DNA of 63,894 nt, counting the filler, from Octopus bimaculoides (Eukaryota), in the NCBI RefSeq assembly GCF_001194135.2. It is 5 parts of 5 records of this genome, joined end to end, with 100 filler letters (N's around TTAATTAATTAA, not from the genome) between each part and the next. Parts side by side here need not be neighbours in the genome. Positions count along the whole stretch, not along the records: positions 44,119 to 62,374 come from NC_068982.1; positions 62,475 to 63,894 come from NW_026359624.1; 3 more parts are not named here. The stretch is one strand, 5' to 3'. Positions 52,297-63,894 of this stretch are shown here, in pieces (positions within the stretch are counted from its first letter, which is position 1; each line of letters opens with the position of its first letter). Position numbers and translations under genes: made by a program. The notes beneath the pieces were generated by a model. That model saw nothing but the letters and a program-made list of their open reading frames with translations. It was not told the DNA's origin and made no database searches.

Positions 52297-52876
52297 CCCC
52301 ATATGTACACGCACTCGGACACACACACACAGTCACACATGCACACATCCATATATTTATATAATAGATTCTTGTAACTGACAACTGCAGCATGAATAAA
52401 TATCTACCACGTCATGGTAAAGTTATTCTTAGTTGAATTCATCACATTTGTTTTAACACTATAAACTTATATGTATAAAAACATAACAGTATTTTTCAAT
52501 AGAAAATATTAGTTTGACATATCACCATAACTTTTTTTACTTTCGTCTCACACGTGTGAGTTCACTGAAAAGATAATATCATAACTGGGCGATGTTTCAT
52601 ATTCACGTATCTTACTACGCAAAAGATATCTATGATGCTTTCCTATGTGCGTCACAGTTTATTTTACATTTAATAATATAACGCTTGAAAAACAAATTAA
52701 TTTCACTTCAAAGCAAATTATTTATCACTACTGAAGAGCTTCGTATCTTAAATACTTACTTTTGTTGTGCAGAAATAGAAGATTACATTAAAATATAGTT
52801 TGTTTGTATTTCTTCTTCATTCGCTTGTGAGACTTGATCATTTTCGGTATCCATTTTTGCTGTTCAAAATAAGATA

Positions 52877-52925
<49 letters not shown>

Positions 52926-53053
52926 TTCCCCGTCATGCAGTACGGCAACATTCAAAAATATATACCAAGCCGTTTAACCAATATTTTGATTCATCTTGAA
53001 GATTTTTGCTTTCGACATTTGGCAAAAGGCCAGTAAATTCGAAAATGCGATAC

Positions 53054-53208
53054 GTCGACTATATCGGCCTCAGTTTTCGACTGGTACTTATTTTATCGAC
53101 ATCGAACGCAATATCGACCTCCGCAGAATTTGAACTCAGAACGTAATGTCGGACGAAGTGACGCTAAGCGCTTTTCTCGGCATGCTAAAGTTCTTGCCAG
53201 CTCGCTGC
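53054..53208 (-). mobile_element. SINE family B
   Basis: Reverse complement of GCAGCGAGCTGGCAAGAAC...GTTCTGAGTTCAAATTC...GTCGATAAAATAAGTACCAG. Confidence 0.75.
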
Positions 53209-53448
53209 GTTAGAGTGTCTGCAAATTAGTCGCTTTCACATGTACATCATACAATATATTTGATGTCTTTATAATCATTGAATTCAACATAGAGAGTGAC
53301 ATTACAAATCTGGTATGAATGTTATTGCAATATCGAAGCGCAATTGCTAAGACAGCACTTCATTGCCTTCGTATAAGTACATCGATGTCAAAACGATGAA
53401 GTGCTTATTTCTTTTTTATTATATTATTTTGACTTATTGACAGCACAC

Positions 53449-53479
<31 letters not shown>

Positions 53480-54099
53480 AAGGTTCAATTTCCACAAAGT
53501 GGAGGATGTGTGTAGAGAAATAAATAGATATAAGAGACTGATAATTATATTTGGCAACGACGAATGGTAAATTGAAACTTGAGTGGATCTAAGTTTAGAA
53601 AGTAAAGTGAACTAGATTGATACCGTAAATGACTTTTCTCTCCGCTCATATAATTCTGCCAAAACACGACACATTTCCTATAAAGATATTACATTTATCT
53701 TTTTCAGAAAATACCCAGTTCCATGACAAATAAATATGTGGTATTTCTTTAGTATATGTTTTCTGAATATTATCAAAGCCTGCAAACCGATATATACAGC
53801 ATGAATAACATGCGTACCTAATCACCACAGTCCAAAAGTAATTGTCAGGCTAATGGGAGGTGAAGCTAATTATAATAATTTGAAATGCTAATAAATGAAT
53901 GTCTCTGAAGGTATACTCAGCTACTCAGAACGAAAGCACAATATAAAGATTTTTCATAAATTAACTTGACAGTTCAAAGCATTCAGAGAAGTATATGTAA
54001 AGTAAGGATAAATCAACAGAGCTTAGTGGAAACCAGGGAAACAAAGTTTTATCAGAAAGAGCAGAACAATACCACGTGGACCCTATTGATTGCACATAA

Positions 54100-54480
54100 C
54101 ACATCTAGACGATGCTCAGCCAGATCGTGTGCGTTGGAGCTTCCCCTCTTCAATATTGGATATTTCTTGGCGTATTTTTTTCCTTGAGATCATTGAGGGT
54201 TTGCACTTTTATACGATGGACTCTGTCTTTAATGTAATTCCACGAGAAGAAATCTAGAGGTGTTATATCTGATGACTTCGGTAACCAGGAAATCTTCCAA
54301 TCCACCATTTGGAAAAGTTTCATTAAGAAACTCTTCAACACCCACCTCCAAATGCGGCGACACACGATTCTGCTGGAAAGTAATTGTTGGTGCAAGTGGT
54401 GCAACTGCGGTGCAGCAAATTGTTGTAAATTATCAAGATCAGTTGAAAATATTCGTCGTAAAGGTAATTTCTGGATACCA
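54100..54480 (-). mobile_element. Tc1/mariner-superfamily fragment (possibly rosa/DD41D-like)
   Basis: QQNRVSPH...EFLNETFP and SSDITPLDFFSWNYIKDRV resemble QQDGAPPH...RSPDLTPLDFFLWGYVKDxV. Confidence 0.6.
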
Positions 54481-55220
54481 TGTATAATTAAGGCACCTAT
54501 ACTCATCTATGGCCTCTCAATCTCTTGATCATAGCTGACCGTATAATAATAGTATTACCCACAGGTAAACGGCAATATAACCATGCTGCTGCATATAGAA
54601 TAGACCCACAAATCATCTTTAGCCATCTCAATGATAAATTAGTAGAATGTTACTTTTAAAATGGCTGAGAAATCAATATATATTTGCAATAACATTGAAT
54701 TATAATGATAATGAATAGCATGATATCCTGATACTGAAAAAAGCATATATTTGCATTTGATTACTCTAGATACGGAAATGATATTCACGTATGACGTTAA
54801 TTATCTAAATGAAATATATTCCTATAAAAACTGGCATACCAAAGACGATTAGTTATAAATTCCATTAAACTACACTATTGTAAATATTTCTTTAAATGAA
54901 TTTTTATTGTAACTCTTAACAGTAAACTAGCAAGTGGATTAAGCGCTCAAATTATAATTGTAATACGATTCCTTTTATGATCTCGTCCGAAGACAGTAAT
55001 AATTACCAGTGTGTTGAACTCTGCCTTAAGCAAGATGCTCTGTTGGCGAAATAGTTACACTCCCGAAGATATATGCTTAATTACAGGGAGAACTCGAATG
55101 AACTTGAGCTTTACTAGTAAATAATTTATAAATACCGGAACTGAAGCTCTATTAATGTCCACAATTGCGTAGAAAACTATATTGAAACTTAAAAATCAAT
55201 ATTCTTTTGTTTTTCAACAG

Positions 55221-55254
55221 CTCTTGTACTAGTTATATCTCTATGGAATGACAT
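55221..55254 (+). CDS. Candidate 34-nt micro-exon
   Basis: TTCTTTTGTTTTTCAACAG| ... |GTAAGT; reads (x)LVLVISLWND; product unknown and may be chance. Confidence 0.25.
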
Positions 55255-56354
55255 GTAAGTCTCAATAACTATTGGTTAACATTCATCCCTTGATTTAATT
55301 TACTAATTTTCTGAATCAATGAAAACAAAATCTAGATGTCTTCGAGGTCGTTTTCATGTTTCAAATACCAACGTTGATATAGCCCTATTTATATATAAGC
55401 AGGTTCGTAAGGCCCGGCAAAAGAAGATTAACATGAGGTCAGCATGACTATAGTTCGAGATCGGTAACAGAAGTTTAGATTTGAATAAATAATAAGTTAT
55501 ATATTATTCATTGAATATTTTAAAAAAATCGCAAACATTAGAAAATTACTTTTGTTTTCAAATATCTAATGCTGCTCAAGATAAATAGACCATAAATATA
55601 TAGAACAAATTCTATCACTATAATGATTTTCAAACTGACAAAGACCAATAAGATACGTTTATGGCTGACTGAATCGAATAGCTATAATAAAAATATATTA
55701 TATTACCGACAACGATGTCATGTGATATATATATTTTTTTTTTTAGAAAATAATGTAATTACACTATTTTCGTATTTCATATATTGTAACAAATGTGTGT
55801 ATACAACAAAATGAATTATAATTATTAAATATATTCATAGCAATCAAATTATAATTGAGACTTCATATTAAAAACAGTACTTATCTATTATTAAATTCCA
55901 AAGTTATTAAATTCCTATAGATAAAAACTGTTTTAATAAGAGAAGCGTGCATTAAATCTTTATTAATATGGTTCAACGTTGCAAAACATAGCGTTGCTTC
56001 ATCTTTTTTTATTAAAATATGGTTTTCATTGTTAAGTTATGTTTCACTATGTGCAAATTTTAAAGAAAAAGTATAAACTTTTTTTTTAGTTTCTATATTT
56101 GTAAAGATATCAGCTTTTAAGATTGTAATTTCATTTCAAATATCTTATTAAAGAAAGCTGATGTAAGTTAATTATTTAATTTCAGTGGAAGCACAATACA
56201 AATCGTTGCACCAAAATACGCAGGGTTCATAAAGAACGAATAACATCCCTTAGGACTTCCATGTATTAGTCAAGTATATAAATAGGAAATGTAAATAGGA
56301 AATAGTGCTACAAAAAGTTACCAAATTTTGTTGGAAATAGCAGTCAATACCACT

Positions 56355-56977
56355 TCGACGTTAGGTAAAGCTTCCCTGAACGCATAAAGATGTGTGCGGG
56401 AAGCGAATAAAAAAAAAATCGTCTTAGCTCTAGGAAGAAGGCCAGAGAAACGGACAACTTAGTACTCGCTATTCGAAGTTTTCAGTATACGTTTGTTATC
56501 GGAAAACTGATTGGCTCTCGTCAGCTAGGTCTAGCGAAGAGACTCAACTTAAAATATCCGCTACATCAATGCCTGTATACTCAGCCAATAGCCCTAGCCA
56601 TAAACAGAACCGAAATCAGCGAAAAGGTCGTACGGTGTTTTATTTCGCTGGAAAATAATATTATTGTACTATAATAAGGTTTACATTTTTATATAAAACG
56701 TTTTCACTGATCTTGGTTTTGTTTGTGGTTGACGCTAGTGCCGGAGTATACAGGCATTGATGGAGCGGATATTTAAATTTAGTCTCTTATGGTAGACCTA
56801 GCTGACGAAGACCAATCAGATTTACGATAACAAACGTATTCGGAAAAGTTCGAAACTCGAGTACTAGGCTGTCCATTTTTTTCTGGCGTTCTCCCAAGAG
56901 GTGATACAAGTTTTTATATTCGCCGCCCGCACACATATTTGCCTCTATACATTCAGTGAAGCTTTACCTAGCCTCGA
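56355..56977. mobile_element. Foldback element, ~280-bp diverged inverted arms with ~65-bp AT-rich spacer
   Basis: 56355-56630 aligns to the reverse complement of 56697-56977, sharing blocks such as TAGGTAAAGCTT, TACGTTTGTTATCG, CGTCAGCTAGGTCTA and CATCAATGCCTGTATACTC. Confidence 0.85.
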
Positions 56978-56979
56978 GC

Positions 56980-58480
56980 GGTTATGAACTGCTATTTCTA
57001 GCAAACATTGGAGAGTAGGGAGAGTAGTGAATTGGGAGGGAAGTGAAAGGTTCGGGTAAAAGTTGAATGAAAATTTGTAATAAAAAGATTTTGGTAAAAA
57101 GGTACAGAGTAAGAAAGGTGGTTGGAGGAAGGGAAAGAGGGGTGAAGGATGGAAATGGAAACCTGTTGAAAAGAAATGAAGATGCACAAAGGAGAGAGAC
57201 GGAGTATTTTAGTGAGCCGTTAAATGTGGAGGATGTTATAGAAGCAAGTATACTGGCTGTAGGAAGATAAGAGAGGAGAATGCCTATTGTTGGGGAATCG
57301 AACTACGGTGCAATTGGAAGAGAGAAGGTGAGGGAATCTCTGCGGAAATGGCAAACCGACGGCTCCAGGTATAAATGGGTGCATTTATGGACCTAGAGGA
57401 CGCATATAACCGAGTTGATAGGGGTGAAATATGACAGGTGTTGCGCTTGTATTGAGTAGATGGTACAATGTTGAGAGTGCTTCAGAATTTTTATAGAGTA
57501 GTGGTTGCATTAGTGTGGGTGGTGGAGTAAGTGAGTGGTTTGATGTGAAGCTGCGGTTAAGACAGGGTTGTGTGATGTCTCTGTGGCTGTCGTATTTATA
57601 TATGTATGGTGTGTTGAGAGAGGTAAATGCTGCAATCCTTGGTAGGAGAACCCAAATGGTAGAAGAAAATGGAGAGAATTAGAGGTGAGTCAGTTATTGT
57701 TTGCCGAAGATACAGTACTTGGGGTGGATTCGGAAGAGTAACTGAGGCGACTAGTGGTAGGGTTTGGAAGAGTATGGGACTGGAGGAAGCTGAAAATGAA
57801 CGTAATTAAGAGTAAAGTGATGAGATGTTCGGGTGATGGAATGGCTGGTAGGATGGATGTGAATATAAATGGTGAGTTGTTAGATGAGGTGAGTATTTTT
57901 AAGTATCTGGGTCATACGTGACACCAAAAGTGGGATGCAGATTATGTGACGGGAGTAAGTTACTTGCAGTTGTGAAAGGTATGCTGAGAGATAAAAGGTT
58001 GAGTATGAAAGCAAAGAGAGGGATGTATGAAGGTGTGGTTGTGCCGCCAATGTTATAATGTGCAGAGACGTTGGGGCTGAGAGAGGCAGAAAGGAGGTGA
58101 CTAGACGTGTTTGAGATTAGATATCTGATGGCTATGATTGGTGTGACACGGATGGAAAGATGGAGGAGTGCGAAGACGAGCAAGAATGAGAGAAACACTA
58201 ACAACGAAATTGGATAGACGAATGTGGAGGTGATTTGGTCTCATGGAGAGGATGGATGAGGATCAGAATGATAAGGAGGGTGATAAAGGCGGATGTGGTC
58301 GGCAACAGAACCAGAGGCAGACCTCGGTTTGTGTGGATAGACGGAGTGAGGAACCCTTTGGTAGTTAGAGGTGTTGGAGTGTGAGAAGCAAGAGAATCTA
58401 TAAATGATAGGAAAGCTTGGAGAGTGTTTGTCGACGGATGAGTGAATTTCAATGTTGCACAAAAGGTACGCAACTAGCAT
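56980..58480 (+). mobile_element. RTE-clade LINE, RT and C-terminal remnant
   Basis: EYFSEPLN, DLEDAYNRVDR, LRQGCVMSLW, SQLLFAEDTVL (FADD mutated), KMNVIKSKVM, FKYLG; many stops. Confidence 0.85.
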
Positions 58481-58684
58481 GATCCGGCGGGGGTAAAACC
58501 AGCATTTGCTGTCAGGCCCCGCTGCTGATATTGGGGGTTGCGTTCAATGCCTTACCCGAGCATAGAACAGAACTCGCCCCTTTGAGCTGGGAATTGAATG
58601 TAATACTTGGTGTGTGTCTTTTTGTGGCTACCCACTTCTGAAAATAAATGGGGAATAAGCCTGTGTAGATATATACATATATAC

Positions 58685-58716
<32 letters not shown>

Positions 58717-59840
58717 CTGTGTGTCTGTGTGTGTGTATAATATACGTATTTGTATGCATGTGACTGTGGAGGTAGTTGATCTCTATTTTGAACAATGGAA
58801 GCTATGTTCAAATGACTTTTCAAATTGATATTTTGATTGGTGGTAAATTCCAAATATATTTCACGATAATTTTTTATTGTTAGTTTTCGTGATCATCTCT
58901 CAGAAGGTAGGATCACTGAGCGGTATTATAGGCAATTCGAAAGAACTGCTCATTTCATTTCATCTTATATGTAACAAAACTTACCGAACATGTAAAATAT
59001 ATCATATTATAATAAGATCACCAACGAAGATAATCTAGCAATATCAATATGCATAAACATTATAAAACATAAAACCTTAAACATATTCAACCATACGAGA
59101 ATGAAGGTCAATTCACAATAAGGAGACCTCAAGATATAAAAAAATTCACAGACAGCAAGCATATGAAATATTTATACCCACTATTAGCTGCCTCACGGAT
59201 ATCATTATGGCTTAAATATCTGGGCTCACCATTCAATCTGGCTGTACCAATAGTATTAAATACACAAATTCTGCTTGGCAATCAACAAACAAGTAGAAAG
59301 ATCGAAACTTTAGAGAGATCTGTCCATTACGTTTACACCTGCGTATTGTTACGAATACGAACATGGAATATAGTCAAGGGCATATAAGCATGTAAACACA
59401 AAGAAATAAAAACGTAGTATGTATAAAACAAAAATGCCCCCACCCACAACGAACTAAAAAGTATTCAGCAAAATATACTGATCCACCGATACCTGACATA
59501 GAAAATCAAAACAACCCAATGAAGAACCAAACTAGAATTTCAGACAAATAGAGTAATTAACGAACAGAAAGAAAGAGATACGCTTTTCCTATTCTGCAGC
59601 ACACTCCAAACACTAAAACCCACAATGTAAATTTAGCGGGACAACATAATTTTAACCAACGTCCCAAAATCCTGTGCCAACTCTGCCTTTAATCCATCCG
59701 GGATCAATATCTACTAAATACAATCTTAATGACAGAAAATAAATTTCGATATATACCTCAAGAGAAAATAAAGACTAAGAAATATAATGAAATAAAAAAT
59801 ATATATAAACGCGCCTGAAAATAAGGCGGCTGGAGATTAA

Positions 59841-60385
59841 GGCGGCGAGTTGGCAGAAGCGTTAGCAGGCCCGGCTTAGCGGCATGTTGTCTGTCATTAG
59901 GTCCTGAGTTCATATTTTGCCTACGTCGACTTTGCCTTTTATCCTTTGAGGATCACTAAAAAAAGTATGAGTTGAACACTGTTCGATGTAATCGACTTTA
60001 CTTAATGTTCTGAATTTGCTGGCTTTTTGCCAAACTTTGAAACTAATTCTTTGTAAAATGGAATAAAGGCGGCGAACCGGCAGAATCCTTAGAATGCTGG
60101 CCAAAGTATTTATTGGCATTTCGTCTGATTTCACGTTCCCAGTTCAAATTCCGCCGCGGTCCTACCAAGGATTGTAGCATTTACTTCCCTCACCACACCA
60201 TACATATATAATCTCTTTCGGGGTGGATAAAATAAGTACACATACTAGGCATTACATTCATTTCCTAGCTCAAAGGATGGGGGTGGGGCCCCGTTCTATG
60301 CTCGTGTCAAGGTATAGAATGCAACCCCAAATATAATTCTCTTGCCTCGAAGTTCCTAGCCTTGTGCCACAAATTGAAACCAATA
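59841..60385 (+). mobile_element. Two adjacent SINE family B copies (59841-60047 and 60068-60385)
   Basis: Both start GGCGGCGA..GGCAGAA and carry the GTTCA B-box-like motif; the second has an internal insertion. Confidence 0.7.
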
Positions 60386-61689
60386 TTCTAAAGTGTGGAA
60401 TTACATCTTCTTGTTTCAGTACGTCAATGGAATTTTATCTTGACAAGCTGTATTTTGACAAGCGAAAGCAAGCGAGGGGTGTCACTTACCTGCTGCGATT
60501 CACCAGGGTTCTCTTGGACCTTGTGCTAAGCTTATAGAGGTTCTAAATTACCCAGATATGAGGACGCCCGTAATAAATTTTGCTGGTGTATTAAAGAAGA
60601 ATACAGAAGAGTATGTTGGCATTATTCTTGCGATGGAAATTACCATAATATTGTATATTTGAAAATTGATAGCCCCTCAGCAGCACAACTCCATATCTCT
60701 GATGAGATTTAATCCGTTGACATCCTGTCACATAATTCCGCTTGTCATGTTACTAATGAGGATAGCTGAGATTTCCTAGCTCTACACTGCATACTTATAT
60801 CCAGATATGCATGTGGAAAAACTCGAATCGGCGGAGTAATAAAAAAATATCAGCAAATTCACAGTAGTAAATGAATATTTTTTCATTCATTTTCGACAAA
60901 AAAACTATACTGATTTAATTGCAAAATTAATCAAAAACTGAACCAGATGCAAAAAAGATTATTTAATAATTATTAATTTGTCTAAATATATGTAAATGCT
61001 TAATAACATATATTCTTCACAATTCCCTTTTGAATTGCATTTACCCCACTATTTCCGCTCACCCTTCTGTTCGTTCACATGCTCTTGGAAAATATATCAA
61101 TAATAATGGATTGCGAAACAATATATAGCACAAATTAATAATTATTTATAAAATGCAAATTAATTCGAATAGAACACTAGATATATAATTATTTTTTCTT
61201 GCACTTAGATAATTCAAAGTAATCTACCCCCGACTACTGTCAGTTCGAAACAATTTTGTTCTAAATTTTACATCACGAATGCCAAATTTATTACTTAATT
61301 AATATGAAATGCCATCAATGTTATCTCGGAAACAAAATAAAATCAAATGTTCGTACCGTTATATGATTCTTCTAAATAGTAAGAGATCGGAGAGAATTTG
61401 TATGATGACTAAAGCCAAACAATTTCTAAGGTATTTAGTTGAACCATTGATTTTATGCTGCTAGATGGCGCATTAGTTTAATTAGATTATGCTTAAGTTT
61501 CCAGCTACTTCTTGATAACATAGGAGGAATCGTCAATGAATATATTAAAGATAATATGTGTATATTTTATCGTAGCTTACCGAAGATTTGTTCATTAGTA
61601 TCAGAATAATCCAATTGATTAGCATTCCTATTCAGATGTTTCCATTATTGGTTGCATCACTAGTATCTTCTTTTTATTGTTATTATAAT

Positions 61690-61845
61690 TACTATTATCA
61701 TCGTCCTCATCTTTATCATCGTCATCGTCATCGTTGACGTCACCATCACCATCATTATCGCCATCATCACCGTCATCATCATCATCATCATCACCACCAC
61801 CACCAACAACAACACCATCATCATCATCATCATCATCATCATCAT
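61690..61845. repeat. (CAT)n/(CAC)n trinucleotide array
   Basis: direct observation. Confidence 0.9.
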
Positions 61846-63154
61846 TTATAATACTATATATGTTTCGCAATTAACTAAACAAACAACATCGATGCTAAGA
61901 TTGCAAGTGTTATTGGAATCTGTTTAACATTTCGTTTAACGTACACATATTCTGACGTTTCTTGTAATAATATTCATGCTGATAAAGTGATTTCCAATGT
62001 CATATTCTAAACTTTAAATTAAAATGCATATATTTCTGTCATCTACGCTGTACAAGAAATCAACAAATTCTGCCGGTAATAAATAAATGAATCATAACCG
62101 TCTTTGTTTTAAAGAAACGTTTGCTATCGACATCAAGTCCTCGTATTTGATAAAGCAACGATCAGATGATCTGTTAAAATAAAAATTTACAAGACATAAG
62201 AAATACAAAATAGGACGGAATGAAATAAAAATTAGTACTGAATTGTGGGACCTTAAGACAGGTTAATGAAGTACTACCATATATTTTGCCGGAAATATTA
62301 CTGATCGATTTTACTTTCCATTTCGTATGTATGTATGTATGTATGTATGTATGTATGTATGTATGTATATATATNNNNNNNNNNNNNNNNNNNNNNNNNN
62401 NNNNNNNNNNNNNNNNNNTTAATTAATTAANNNNNNNNNNNNNNNNNNNNNNNNNNNNNNNNNNNNNNNNNNNNACATATATATAATATTATATACATAT
62501 TGATACTGCTTTCACTAGGTTTTTATTCATCATGTCCTAAAACGTTCTGTCCACAATTTCAGAGACAGATGTTTTAGAAAAGTACCATTAAATAGCATTA
62601 ACAAAAATAACTTGCTGGAAACGTTTTTAACAAAATTCTTTTCAAGTCTCAATATTGAAGTCGTGTGAAAACCATAACTAAGTTAGAAGCAGTAAATATC
62701 TCAATAATTTGGTTTTAATTCTACAGAGAGTTCTTCAATGGAATTACTACCAAAGAGGCAGTTCGTTGAATGCGGCAGTTTTTAGAAGCGTGCTGTTATG
62801 GAAAACTCAACCATTTTTACTGGCTTGAACTTTTGGGCGACAATTAAAAAGTGAAGGAACGTCAAACAACACGAAAACGGTCAGAACTGTTTGACGGAAT
62901 TTCTCTGAAGTCGGTTTAATTTGTTAGAAATGATCAAAGACTGGAAATATAGTGAAGCAGTCAGCTTAATTTCGTCCATACGCCATATCAGATATGGCAG
63001 CACACCAAAAATAACGTTTCTCTTCAGTGTTGGCGGCGGTGACGGTGGCGGCAGCAGATATATCGATGAGTGAGTAACAAAACGAGAACAAAACCACAGG
63101 AAAAAAAAAAAGAACATACAACAAGAACCAAACTAGCTAACAGGGGTTCAAAAA

Positions 63155-63165
63155 CGCCGCCATCT
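63155..63165 (-). promoter_or_regulatory. YY1-like motif (AGATGGCGGCG) in a locally CpG-rich patch
   Basis: CGCCGCCATCT on +; CpG-rich tract GGCGGCGGTGACGGTGGCGGC at ~63023-63052 in an otherwise AT-rich region. Confidence 0.3.
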
Positions 63166-63894
63166 CGCTATGATTATTAAACGATTTCCCTGTGATGCGA
63201 TTTTTTAACAAAAAAACCTACAAGAATCTAGAGGGAAGAGAAACGGTAAAAATATTGGCCAGATGAAATAATATTGATTCCACCCTTTTTCATCTTTGCT
63301 TCTGTTTTTCCATCCTCTCTCAGTCTCCTTCATTTTGCTGTGGAAGACAACACTGTCATCTTTTTCTTTTTTGTTTTTAAATCTAGGGATGTTGGGGGGG
63401 GGGGTTCCGTAAATTGACGTTTTGCTGACGATACCTGGGGTGAGAATATTGATGGTGATAGCGAAAGAGATGACGTTGTTGTTGCTGCTGTTGTTGTTGC
63501 TAGTGTTTAATCCTTGTACAATCATGATCAGACCTATGATCGATAATCAAGCGTATTCCAGCCATGACCGTTCTGTCTGCTATGTTTACCTTGGACTACA
63601 TAACAGAATGTGACCTTCCTCTCTTTTTAAGATGGTAGATTGTTCTATGAAGGAACCTTTGCTGTTTTTACACACGCACACACACACACAAAGCACACAA
63701 ACAAACACACACTCACACACCACGTGTATGTGTGGTGGAGTGGGCATATGTTTGTGTTCTCACCTGAAGATGGTAGTAGCATGAAACTCGAATCGTGATG
63801 CAAACTTTATATATGAATGTGTGCGTACGTATGAACATGCATACATACATACATACATACATACATACATACATACATGCATATATACATACAG

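Noticed and set aside
58950-59760. Possible very decayed LINE RT remnant (EDNLAI...MKVN)
   Set aside because: Too few motifs to assign with confidence.
60463-60660. A ~68-codon + strand open stretch and a minus-strand GTAAGT donor near 60490
   Set aside because: No recognisable homology and no consistent exon partner.
61628-61870. Poly-Asp/poly-Met ORFs
   Set aside because: They are translations of the (CAT)n array with no flanking coding context.

Overview
AT-rich, microsatellite-dense eukaryotic draft scaffold with many N gaps. The SINE families and repeat landscape suggest a coleoid cephalopod, probably Octopus (inference). I can support no intact multi-exon host gene, rRNA, tRNA or CRISPR array. 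The main result is at 0.5-9.7 kb (+). The short broken reading frames there line up, in order, with CFAP61 (FAP61/C20orf26, a radial-spoke/calmodulin-spoke-complex protein). They form one near-full-length, apparently intronless, heavily decayed copy followed by two more tandem copies of only the C-terminal half, at about 2.7-kb spacing. This rests on manual alignment against a human CFAP61 sequence recalled from memory and needs tblastn/HMM confirmation. The rest of the window is mostly a transposon graveyard: a near-full-length L1/Tx1-type LINE (26.6-32.1 kb, minus), a full-length defective mariner with TIRs (18797-20079), fragments of several other Tc1/mariner families, RTE, R4/Dong and Penelope-like retroelements, three tRNA-derived SINE families and three foldback/MITE elements. 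Five hammerhead-ribozyme motifs occur, one of them just upstream of the Tx1 5' end. There is also an orphan signal-peptide-like exon at 23636-23702 (minus) and a weak candidate micro-exon chain at 54.5-56.2 kb.
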